DNA from: a virus
Length of the DNA: 64,000 bases
IMG/VR virus record: IMGVR_UViG_3300033182_000581
Location: 1 to 64,000 of that record
Reading direction: 5' to 3' (one strand)
Shown here: piece by piece, positions 19,550 through 28,410 of the stretch
Position numbering within the stretch: the stretch's first letter is position 1
How the letters are laid out: each line of letters opens with the position of its first letter
Made by a program: the position numbers and the translations under genes
Notes under the pieces: generated by a model
The model's input: the letters and a program-made list of their open reading frames with translations, nothing else
Told to the model about the DNA's origin: nothing
Databases searched by the model: none

Positions 19550-20258
19550 TAGAGGACCAAATATTGTTAGAGATGGTTTAGTATTGGCTTTAGATGCAGC
19601 CTCTCCTAAGTCCTATCCCGGTAGTGGTACTACTTGGTATGATATCATAAATGGTAGTTCTTTTTTACCTGATAATGGGACACCTACTTATTTAAGTGGA
19701 ACTATGGTATGGGATTTAGAACGAGATAGTCAAAATAATTTTAAAAGTACAAACTCGGTATCGACTAAAACAGATAGTGAATATACGAGAATTGCATGGT
19801 TCAATCCAGAGACTGTTGTTACAGGAGGTCACCCTTGTTATATATTAGGTAATCGTATTGGGAACAATGGAGATTTAGTATTAGGTATAGCTAATTCTTC
19901 TTTATGTTACCATCAATATACTAATGCTAACTCTACTGGAGATGGTTCTCAAGATTATACTTTAAGTGGAACTGAAGATTTAGTTGCTGGTAACTGGTAT
20001 ATGGGTGCTTTTTCATTCAACCGTTCGACTACAACTTGTAAATTATATGTTAATGGAGTATTAGATACAACACACACAGGTACACGTCCTGTTGGTAATG
20101 GATACTCTGATGAGATTCTAATAGGTGGGGCTGATAGTTATATAGCAGGAAGAACTTTTGATGGTAAAATAGCTATCGCACAGCATTATAATAGAGTCTT
20201 AACAGACTCAGAAATTTCACAACACTATAATGCATTTAAATCAAGATTTGGATTATAA
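19539..20258 (+). CDS. LamG/concanavalin-A-like lectin domain protein 2
   Basis: Same N-terminus; WY.GAFSF...KLYVNG, FDGKI...YNRVLTDSEI. Confidence 0.82.
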   Translation: MGFSRGPNIVRDGLVLALDAASPKSYPGSGTTWYDIINGSSFLPDNGTPTYLSGTMVWDLERDSQNNFKSTNSVSTKTDSEYTRIAWFNPETVVTGGHPCYILGNRIGNNGDLVLGIANSSLCYHQYTNANSTGDGSQDYTLSGTEDLVAGNWYMGAFSFNRSTTTCKLYVNGVLDTTHTGTRPVGNGYSDEILIGGADSYIAGRTFDGKIAIAQHYNRVLTDSEISQHYNAFKSRFGL

Positions 20259-20956
20259 TGTTTGTAGGTCCTAACATAGTAACTGATGGATTGATACTAT
20301 CGATAGACTTTGCATCACATAGGTCATATCCTGGTAGTGGTACTACTGTTTATGATTTAAGTGGCCAAAATTGTAATCTATCACTAAACAACGCACCTAC
20401 TTTCAATAATTCAAATGGAGGTGTCATTGAGTTTGATGGTTCTAATGAGTATTTAGAAGCAACTACAAATGTACCACCTCTTGGTGGTAATCCACGAACT
20501 ATGATGACAATGTTTAATGCAAGTTCATCCATATATGGATGTATGTTTGGGTTTGGTAAGAATCCAGATGGAGTAGGTGGTTCATATAAATCATTTGAAC
20601 TATGGAATTATCATAGTGCAAGTGGGTTACGAGTTCATCTTACCGGGTATAATATGGCACCTGGAACGAATTATGTATTAGCCAACAACACTAATAAATG
20701 GTTGATGGCATCATTACATTATTCAAATAGTACTCTGACCTTTAGAATTATAGATAATGGTACAATATACACAGGAACTGGCTCACCAACCATTGACACT
20801 CAAACGAATTGTATTAGAATAAATAAATCTGCATATGGTACTGAGGCGGGTGGTATGTTGGGTAAGTTTGCAAGTTTTCATACTTACAATAGAGACCTTA
20901 GTGAATCGGAGGTACTTCAAAACTATAACGCACAAAAATCAAGATTCGGATTATAA
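20258..20956 (+). CDS. LamG/concanavalin-A-like lectin domain protein 3
   Basis: GPNIVTDGLIL, FDGSNEY, YNRDLSESEVLQNYNAQKSRFGL. Confidence 0.8.
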   Translation: MFVGPNIVTDGLILSIDFASHRSYPGSGTTVYDLSGQNCNLSLNNAPTFNNSNGGVIEFDGSNEYLEATTNVPPLGGNPRTMMTMFNASSSIYGCMFGFGKNPDGVGGSYKSFELWNYHSASGLRVHLTGYNMAPGTNYVLANNTNKWLMASLHYSNSTLTFRIIDNGTIYTGTGSPTIDTQTNCIRINKSAYGTEAGGMLGKFASFHTYNRDLSESEVLQNYNAQKSRFGL

Positions 20957-20997
20957 GAATCCACCATATTTATATACAAACACTAAGGAGAATATAA

Positions 20998-22161
20998 ATG
21001 GCAGTAAACATTCCAATATGGCCAGGTTCATCATCATTCACATCAGGTGATACACCATTTGGTTATTACGATTCAGATTCAGAGTTCATTACTGATGTTG
21101 ATAATATTGCATCTTGGTGTGCCAAACGATTAGGATATCCTATTGTTGATATTGAATTACAAGATATCAACTTTTATGCTTGTGTTGAAGAAGCAGTTAC
21201 TGAATACTCAACTCAAGTGAATCAATTTAATATTAGAGAGAATCTTTTAAACCTAAAGGGAAGTTCAACTGGTTCAAATCTATCACAAACACAACTAAAC
21301 GCAAACTTAGGTGGATTAATTTCATTAGCTAAAGATTATGGAACTGAAGCAGGTAGTGGTGGCAGAGTAACTTACTATACAGGTTCATTTACACTAACAT
21401 CAGGAAAGCAGGTGTATGATTTAACAGATTCATCAAATGTAACGTTAGAGAGTGGAACTGCCGGCGTTGATGCAATCGAAATCAAAAAGGTATTACACAA
21501 CGCACCACCTGCGATGGTAAGATACTTTGACCCATTCATTGGTACTGGTTTAGGTTCACAACAAATGATGGATACGTTTGGGTGGGGTAACTACTCACCG
21601 GGTGTATCATTTATGATGCAACCACTTTATGATGACCTTCTACGTTTACAAGCCATTGAATTTAACGATATGGTTCGTAAATCTCAATATGGATTCGATA
21701 TTCACAATAATAGAATTAGAATCTTCCCAAGACCAGAATCGGGTGACCACGGATTAAAGGTATATTTTCATTATATTTTAGAATCTGATAGAAGTAACTC
21801 AGTAGTATCTAATTCAGTAGTATCTGATTACTCAAATGCACCATTTGATAGAATTACATACTCACGAATCAACCACGTTGGTAAGAGATGGATTCAAAAA
21901 TACGCATTAGCATTAGCGAAAGAAATGTTGGGTGCAGTAAGGGCTAAATTTAGTTCTATACCAATCCCTAACTCAGATGTAACATTAGATGGTGCAGATT
22001 TAAGAAGCGAAGCTGCATCAGAAAAAGAAATCTTAATCTCAGAATTAAGAGAAAACTTAGAGGCAACCTCACGTAAGGCATTACTACAAGCACAGCAAGA
22101 AGAATCCGAAGCAATGGAACAAACATTGAATAGAGTTCCTCGTGCTATTTATATAGGATAA
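20998..22161 (+). CDS. gp13: neck protein (T4 gp13-like)
   Basis: RLGYPIVDIEL and WIQKYALALAKEMLG..R.KF motifs; first of a gp13-14-15-18-19 gene order. Confidence 0.8.
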   Translation: MAVNIPIWPGSSSFTSGDTPFGYYDSDSEFITDVDNIASWCAKRLGYPIVDIELQDINFYACVEEAVTEYSTQVNQFNIRENLLNLKGSSTGSNLSQTQLNANLGGLISLAKDYGTEAGSGGRVTYYTGSFTLTSGKQVYDLTDSSNVTLESGTAGVDAIEIKKVLHNAPPAMVRYFDPFIGTGLGSQQMMDTFGWGNYSPGVSFMMQPLYDDLLRLQAIEFNDMVRKSQYGFDIHNNRIRIFPRPESGDHGLKVYFHYILESDRSNSVVSNSVVSDYSNAPFDRITYSRINHVGKRWIQKYALALAKEMLGAVRAKFSSIPIPNSDVTLDGADLRSEAASEKEILISELRENLEATSRKALLQAQQEESEAMEQTLNRVPRAIYIG

Positions 22162-22165
22162 AGAA

Positions 22166-22690
22166 ATGGCATTATTTGGTGGAGAAAGAGATGCATCTTT
22201 GTTCAGAAAAATCAACAAAGAACTGATTACTGATATTATTGATACCGAAATCTACTACTATAAGATTATTTTGGATGATACTAAAAGAAATCTTTATGGG
22301 GAAGGTAAGGATAAAGTATTTTATAATCCAGTAAAAATTCCAACATTGGTTGATAGAACAAACGCGGAACAAATCTTTGATGAATTTGGTTCATCTTACA
22401 CCAGAAATGTAAACTTCTATTTTCTAAGAGATACTTTAGTAGAAAAGAATGTATATCCAGAAGTTGGTGATGTAATCGTATGGAATGATGAACAACATAT
22501 TGTAGATGTAACATTCACAAACCAATTCTTCGCAGGAAAGAACCCTGATACGTGGGATGGTGGTGATTCACAAGGTTATAACATATCTATTATATGTGAA
22601 ACTCATGTAACGAGAAAAACACAACTTAAATTAGAAGATGATTTCCGATTTGGGAACAATGATAATAACGATTTACCAGTAGGTGTATAA
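22166..22690 (+). CDS. gp14: neck/head-closure protein (gp14-like)
   Basis: NLYGE and PEVGDVI motifs; synteny. Confidence 0.68.
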   Translation: MALFGGERDASLFRKINKELITDIIDTEIYYYKIILDDTKRNLYGEGKDKVFYNPVKIPTLVDRTNAEQIFDEFGSSYTRNVNFYFLRDTLVEKNVYPEVGDVIVWNDEQHIVDVTFTNQFFAGKNPDTWDGGDSQGYNISIICETHVTRKTQLKLEDDFRFGNNDNNDLPVGV

Positions 22691-23496
22691 TGGCAATAAA
22701 GTATAGACAAAATAGAGATGAAAAGATTGATTTAGGTAGAACTCAGAGTTCTTTCTCAGATGACCCTAAATTAAATAAATCACAACAGATTTCTCGTAGA
22801 AATGATGATGTAAAAAATTCACAAGTCGGTTTATACGATATTGATTTGGCATTTAAAGATTTTTTAGAGAAAGATGTAAGACCTACTATTGAAGAAAGTG
22901 GTAAATATATTGCAGTACCTGTAATGTACGCATCTCCTGAAAATTGGGCATCTGCACAAAAAGATGGGTATCTTAGAGATACAAATGGTAAGGTTTTAAC
23001 TCCACTAATTTCATTTAAAAGAAATTCATTAGATATTAACACCGAATATTCAAAATTGAAGGTGATGACTGATGCGGATACATCAAGAGCGTTTGTAAGA
23101 AAATATACACCTCAAAATAAATACGACCAATTCTCACAATTAATAGATAGTAGAGATTACTACGAATATCACATAGTAGATACACCTGATTATGTAAATA
23201 TTCAGTATGATGTGATTATGTGGTGTGATTATATGGAAGATTTAAACAAATTAGTAGAACAGGTAATATATTTTCAAGGTGGTGCCTTTGGAGAACGATA
23301 TAAATTCCAAATCAAAGGTGAATCTTACTCATTCGAAACTACAAATGGTGTAGGTGAAGAACGATTTGTAAGAAGTAATGTAACTCTTACTGCAAAAGCA
23401 TATATTATACCTGAAGATAGAGGTAAGAGAACGATGAATTCTCAAAAAGTATTCGGTGCATCAAAAATAGTTTGGAATACAGGTTTAGATACCTAA
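22690..23496 (+). CDS. gp15: tail terminator/sheath stabiliser (gp15-like)
   Basis: VPVMYASPE.W and P.YVNIQY motifs; synteny. Confidence 0.68.
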   Translation: MAIKYRQNRDEKIDLGRTQSSFSDDPKLNKSQQISRRNDDVKNSQVGLYDIDLAFKDFLEKDVRPTIEESGKYIAVPVMYASPENWASAQKDGYLRDTNGKVLTPLISFKRNSLDINTEYSKLKVMTDADTSRAFVRKYTPQNKYDQFSQLIDSRDYYEYHIVDTPDYVNIQYDVIMWCDYMEDLNKLVEQVIYFQGGAFGERYKFQIKGESYSFETTNGVGEERFVRSNVTLTAKAYIIPEDRGKRTMNSQKVFGASKIVWNTGLDT

Positions 23497-23560
23497 TGTT
23501 TCTAAATAAATTTTCATATTTATATAAACACTAAGTTTAACTTAATAAAATAAACACGTT

Positions 23561-23860
23561 ATGGCAGAAGTAAAAGAAGTCAAAGAAACAGAAGTAATTA
23601 AATTCGAAAAAGAAGAAATCGAAAAAATTGATAAGTTCAGAACTGAATTTTCAGAAGTTACTGCAAGATTGGGTGAAGTTGAAATTGAACTAACATTAGT
23701 TGAAACTCAAAAAGCAAACATTGAGAATTATAAAGCTCAATTAAAACAAAAATACTTAGAAATGAGAGAGGCTGAAATCAAATTAGCCGGAGAACTTAAA
23801 GAAAAGTATGGTGAAGGTGAGTTCGATATCAACACAGGTATATTTACACCCAACGTATAA
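23561..23860 (+). CDS. small coiled-coil hypothetical protein
   Basis: 99-aa ORF preceded by TATTTATA at 23517. Confidence 0.7.
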   Translation: MAEVKEVKETEVIKFEKEEIEKIDKFRTEFSEVTARLGEVEIELTLVETQKANIENYKAQLKQKYLEMREAEIKLAGELKEKYGEGEFDINTGIFTPNV

Positions 23861-23930
23861 ATATAATCGTTTCTGATTTTTTGGAGTATTTATAGATATA
23901 TAAAACCAAAGAAAATAATAGGAGAAAAAA

Positions 23931-26330
23931 ATGGCAGAAAGAATAGTAAGTCCTGGTGTATTTACAAGAGAAAAGGACTTGTCATTTCTACCTCAAGGGA
24001 TTGGTGAAATTGGAGCAGCGTTAATTGGGTCGACCGTAAAGGGGCCTGCATTCGTTCCAACTCAAGTACAGTCTTTCCAAGAGTTTCAGCAGGTATTTGG
24101 TGGTTTAACGGAAGATTCATACCTACCATACACTGCTCAATCTTATTTGGAAGATGCTGGAACTGCAACAATCGTTAGGGTATTAGGACAAGATGGATAT
24201 ACTCTGGAGAATCCAGTTGGACTAATCATTTCATCATCAGAAGGACAGAAGTTGGCTGCGGTATTACACCCAACTACTGGTATCGTATCTGATACAGATG
24301 TGTTCGATTCAAGTACAGTTGCAGACCAATTCGGCTCATCTGATGTATCGGCATCAATATTTACATTAACAATTACAGGTTCTGAAGCAGCAGAGGCTGT
24401 ATTCTCAGCATCTTTAAATCCAACTAATGCTAACTACTTTACCAAAACGTTTGGATTCTCTGCAAGAGGTTCACAAGATGCGTATGTACAATCAAACTTT
24501 AAAGTATTCCAATCGGCATCATTTGCAACTGGTGAAATTCCTGTTGTAACTTTAGATGTTGCTAAAGATATTGATTACTCAAAAGCTTATACTGAGGCAT
24601 CTACTCCTTGGATTACTTCTCAAAAAGTTGGTGGTAACACTACTAATTTGATTAAGTTCCATACTTTATCACATGGTAACCCAACTAACTACGAATTTAA
24701 GATTGGTATTCAGGATGTTAAACCAGCAGGAACTGTTGCAGGTTCTGAGTATGGTTCATTTACTGTAATTGTAAGAAGAGTAGACCAAGATAAAGTAAAT
24801 GGTTCTCCATTTGTAGGTGTTGTTGATTCTGATATCAGACCTAACTTAGTTGAATCATTCCAAAATGTTAACTTAGACCCTAATTCTCCAAACTTTATCG
24901 CGAGAGTTATTGGTGATAAGTACATTACTGTTGATTCAAATGGTAAATTATCAACAAATGGTGATTATCCAAATAATTCAGCAAATATTAGAGTTGAAGT
25001 ATCTGATGCAGTTAAGAATGAAGCAATTGACCCTTCATTAGTACCTTTCGGATTCGCAGCATTACAAAATCCTTACGGAACTGCGTTTACGTTACCTAAC
25101 CCATCATACGTTGTATCACAATCAATTAACAATTCATATAATCCTAAAAAATTCTATGGATTCGATTTTGATTTTGCAACTACTGATAACTTAAACTATT
25201 TGGCGCCAACACCTGATTCATCAACTGCAACTGCAGGTACTGCGTTCTACTTAGGTGATTACAATCAGAATAGTGGTGCAAACTATCCTTCATCCGATTC
25301 CCCATACACCAGAGCCATTGATTTGAACGATTCTAATACTGCATTAGATTCTCGTAAGTTCTTAGTTCCTTTCCAGGGTGGTTTTGATGGATACAAACCA
25401 AATAGAATTGTAAAAACCGCAGGTGATATCATCGCAGGTAACACTCAAGGATATGATTGTTCATCTAATACCGCAACAGGTACTATTGCGTTTAGAAAAG
25501 CTATTAACGCAGTTTCTAATCCAGATGAATTTGATATCAATATGTTAGTAATTCCTGGTCTTATCCATAGATTACACTCTTCAGTAACCACATTCGCTAA
25601 AGATATGTGTGAGGATAGACAAGATACATTCTATGTAATGGATGCATCTGGGTGGGGTGATTCAATTTCAACGGCAACCAATGCAGTTCAATCATTTGAT
25701 TCAAACTATGTAGCATCTTACTACCCTTGGGTTAAGATTTTGAATACTGATAAGAACAAACCAGTATGGGTGCCACCATCAGTTGTACTACCTGGCGTAA
25801 TCGCATTTACTGACCAAGTTGCCGCAGAGTGGTTCGCTCCAGCAGGTTTGAATAGAGGTGGATTAACTTCAGTAATTGAAGCTAAGACAAGATTGACAAG
25901 AGCGGAAAGAGATACACTTTACGAAGGTAGATTGAATCCTATCGCTACATTCCCTGGACAGGGTGTAACTGTGTTTGGACAGAAAACACTACAAGCAAAA
26001 CCTTCAGCATTGGATAGAATCAATGTAAGAAGATTGTTGATTGCAGTGAAGAAGTTCATCGCATCTTCGACTCGTTACTTAGTGTTCGAAAACAACACAG
26101 CGGCTACGAGAAACAGATTCTTATCAATCGTTAATCCTTATTTGGAATCAATCCAACAAAGACAAGGGTTATATGCATTTAGAGTGATTATGGATGAAAC
26201 CAATAATACTCCAGATGTAATTGATAGAAACATTATGGTAGGTGAAATCTTCTTACAACCAGCTAAGACTGCTGAGTTTATTGTTCTTGATTTCAACGTA
26301 TTACCAACTGGGGCAGCATTCCCAGAATAA
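23931..26330 (+). CDS. gp18: tail sheath protein
   Basis: SPGVFTRE.D N-terminus; WFAPAGLNRG, GQKTLQ, DRINVRRLL, DETNNTP, QPAKTAEFI. Confidence 0.95.
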   Translation: MAERIVSPGVFTREKDLSFLPQGIGEIGAALIGSTVKGPAFVPTQVQSFQEFQQVFGGLTEDSYLPYTAQSYLEDAGTATIVRVLGQDGYTLENPVGLIISSSEGQKLAAVLHPTTGIVSDTDVFDSSTVADQFGSSDVSASIFTLTITGSEAAEAVFSASLNPTNANYFTKTFGFSARGSQDAYVQSNFKVFQSASFATGEIPVVTLDVAKDIDYSKAYTEASTPWITSQKVGGNTTNLIKFHTLSHGNPTNYEFKIGIQDVKPAGTVAGSEYGSFTVIVRRVDQDKVNGSPFVGVVDSDIRPNLVESFQNVNLDPNSPNFIARVIGDKYITVDSNGKLSTNGDYPNNSANIRVEVSDAVKNEAIDPSLVPFGFAALQNPYGTAFTLPNPSYVVSQSINNSYNPKKFYGFDFDFATTDNLNYLAPTPDSSTATAGTAFYLGDYNQNSGANYPSSDSPYTRAIDLNDSNTALDSRKFLVPFQGGFDGYKPNRIVKTAGDIIAGNTQGYDCSSNTATGTIAFRKAINAVSNPDEFDINMLVIPGLIHRLHSSVTTFAKDMCEDRQDTFYVMDASGWGDSISTATNAVQSFDSNYVASYYPWVKILNTDKNKPVWVPPSVVLPGVIAFTDQVAAEWFAPAGLNRGGLTSVIEAKTRLTRAERDTLYEGRLNPIATFPGQGVTVFGQKTLQAKPSALDRINVRRLLIAVKKFIASSTRYLVFENNTAATRNRFLSIVNPYLESIQQRQGLYAFRVIMDETNNTPDVIDRNIMVGEIFLQPAKTAEFIVLDFNVLPTGAAFPE

Positions 26331-26344
26331 TAGATAATTGATTA

Positions 26345-26381
26345 AGTTCCCCATTTCGGTGGGGAACTCAATCTTTTTTTT
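26345..26381 (+). terminator. hairpin/terminator after sheath gene
   Basis: AGTTCCCCA-TTTCGG-TGGGGAACT, then a T run 5 nt later. Confidence 0.7.
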
Positions 26382-26427
26382 AAAAGAACAATATTTATAA
26401 TAAAGAAAAGATAACGGAGTAATATAA

Positions 26428-26916
26428 ATGGCACAATTATTAGACCCAACTGAAGTAATGTTCACATCATTCGAACCGAAGATGTCGAACCGCTTTATTA
26501 TGTATGTAGAGGGTATCCCTGCGTATCTAATCAAAGCAGCCAATAGACCTGAGATAACAAATGGTAAAGTAACTATCGACCATATCAACGTAAGGAGATA
26601 TGTAAAAGGTAGAAGTGAGTGGAGTGATTTAACGATTTCTCTTTACGACCCCGTAGTTCCATCGGCAGCACAAGCTACAATGGAGTGGGTACGTTTACAC
26701 CACGAATCAGTAACTGGTAGAGATGGTTACTCTGACTTCTACAAAAAAGATATCACTTTTAACAGTTTGGGTCCTGTTGGTGATAAAGTAGAAGAATGGA
26801 CACTTAAAGGAGCTTACATCCAAACAGCAAAATTCTCAGATATGGATTACACTGGTGAAGATTTAGCAACTGTTGATTTAACACTTACATACGATTACGC
26901 AATACTACAATACTAA
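26428..26916 (+). CDS. gp19: tail tube protein
   Basis: FEPK..NRF, W..LTISLYD, YKKDI, EEWTLKGA, LTYDYA; follows the sheath gene. Confidence 0.9.
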   Translation: MAQLLDPTEVMFTSFEPKMSNRFIMYVEGIPAYLIKAANRPEITNGKVTIDHINVRRYVKGRSEWSDLTISLYDPVVPSAAQATMEWVRLHHESVTGRDGYSDFYKKDITFNSLGPVGDKVEEWTLKGAYIQTAKFSDMDYTGEDLATVDLTLTYDYAILQY

Positions 26917-26950
26917 TTTCGGATTGTTGTACTACAAAATGAAAATTGAG

Positions 26951-26978
26951 AACCCCAACATTTTTGTTGGGGTTTTTT
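26951..26978 (+). terminator. intrinsic terminator
   Basis: AACCCCAACA-TTTT-TGTTGGGGTT hairpin followed by a T run. Confidence 0.85.
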
Positions 26979-27054
26979 GTTTAATTATTTTTATTTTCAT
27001 ATTTATTGATAGGTTAACCAACAAATACAAGTTTTAAAACAAAAGAGTAATGTT

Positions 27055-27942
27055 ATGAGTACAGACAAACTACAAGATGATTATTCATCGAACATCTCCA
27101 ACGAAGAGATGGTGGAAATTGCTAAACAACAATACGAACAAAAGCAAGTTTCCGATTACAAATTCCCTACTGAAATCGTAGATTTACCATCTAAGGGATT
27201 GATTTATCCTGAAGATAACCCACTTTCATCAGGTAAGGTTGAAATGAAGTATATGACTGCTAAAGAGGAAGATATCCTTACTACACAATCATATATCAAA
27301 GATGGTACTGTGTTGGATAGATTGTTCCAATCACTTATTATTTCAAATGGAGAAGGATTACCAATCAAATATGTTGATTTGGTAACAGGTGATAAAAACG
27401 CAATTATGATTGCTGCAAGAGTATTAGGTTATGGTAAAGATTATGAGGTGGAGATTACCGACCCATTTACTAATAACAAACAAACTGATACAATTGATTT
27501 AACTCAGTTTGAAAACAAAGAGTATGATGGCTCTAATCAAACTGAACTTCATAAAAACGAATTTGAGTTTACTTTACCACGTGCACAGCGTAAAATTACT
27601 TTTATGGCGATGACTGAAAGTAAAGAACGTAAAGTGAAACACCAAATCGAAGAGATGAAGAAAAAGAATCGTAAGTTAAAAGATAATACTTCAAGAGATT
27701 TAACAACCAGATTGAAGAATATGATTCTTTCAGTAGATGGCGAAACAGATGCCAAATACATTAACAACTTTGTGGATAACGAATTGTTTGCATTAGACTC
27801 ACAGGCACTCAGAGCATACATTAACGAATCAATCCCAGATGTTGATATGAGATACGAATTTATATCTGAGGAGACCGGGGAAGGGAGAGAGATGCTACTG
27901 CCGATGGATGTCGGGTTTTTTTGGCCTTCCGCAAAATTATAG
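27055..27942 (+). CDS. baseplate hub assembly/tail assembly chaperone (T4 gp26-like)
   Basis: VDLPSKG..YP and MTAKEEDIL motifs; located between tube and tape measure genes. Confidence 0.75.
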   Translation: MSTDKLQDDYSSNISNEEMVEIAKQQYEQKQVSDYKFPTEIVDLPSKGLIYPEDNPLSSGKVEMKYMTAKEEDILTTQSYIKDGTVLDRLFQSLIISNGEGLPIKYVDLVTGDKNAIMIAARVLGYGKDYEVEITDPFTNNKQTDTIDLTQFENKEYDGSNQTELHKNEFEFTLPRAQRKITFMAMTESKERKVKHQIEEMKKKNRKLKDNTSRDLTTRLKNMILSVDGETDAKYINNFVDNELFALDSQALRAYINESIPDVDMRYEFISEETGEGREMLLPMDVGFFWPSAKL

Positions 27943-28132
27943 AAAGCATCTACACGCCCATATCTTTGACCTCATTTATCATGGAAATGGTGGATTCACT
28001 TTTCAGGATGTTTACAACTTCCCAATTTGGGTTAGAAAATTCTACATCAACAAAATTATAGAATTTAAACAAAACGAAAAGGAAGCTCACGATAAAGAAA
28101 TGAGAAAGGCAAAGGCAAAAGCTAGAAGATAA
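27908..28132 (+). CDS. gp51-like small protein or frameshifted C-terminal extension of the preceding chaperone
   Basis: Overlaps the previous ORF by 35 nt across GGG-T7-GG; motif GGFT..DVYN.P.W.RKFYI. Confidence 0.6.
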   Translation: MSGFFGLPQNYRKHLHAHIFDLIYHGNGGFTFQDVYNFPIWVRKFYINKIIEFKQNEKEAHDKEMRKAKAKARR

Positions 28133-28135
28133 TAG

Positions 28136-28162
28136 AAAACCCAACTTATTTGTTGGGTTTTT
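28136..28162 (+). terminator. intrinsic terminator
   Basis: AAAACCCAAC-TTATTT-GTTGGGTTTT-T. Confidence 0.8.
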
Positions 28163-28196
28163 CTATATTTATACATATAACAATGGAGTAACTACT

Positions 28197-28391
28197 ATGG
28201 CTAAAAAATTATCAATAAAAGAAAGATTAAAAGACCCCATTCTTAGAGAGGGTTTATTTGATGGTATCTTTAAAGCTATCGCTAAAGGTAAATTAAAAGC
28301 AAAGGAAAAAGAAATTAAAGATTTACTTGTAGCAAAGTATGGTTCGTGGGATAAAGTTCCCGATTGGAGAAAAGAATACTTTGGGCTATAA
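28197..28391 (+). CDS. small hypothetical protein
   Basis: Preceded by TATTTATA (28166) and GGAG (28185). Confidence 0.7.
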   Translation: MAKKLSIKERLKDPILREGLFDGIFKAIAKGKLKAKEKEIKDLLVAKYGSWDKVPDWRKEYFGL

Positions 28392-28410
28392 ACTAATAAG
28401 GATACTTTAA

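Noticed and set aside
10822-20956. Diversity-generating retroelement acting on fibre or lectin genes
   Set aside because: No reverse transcriptase and no template/variable repeat pair with adenine-specific mismatches seen in this window.
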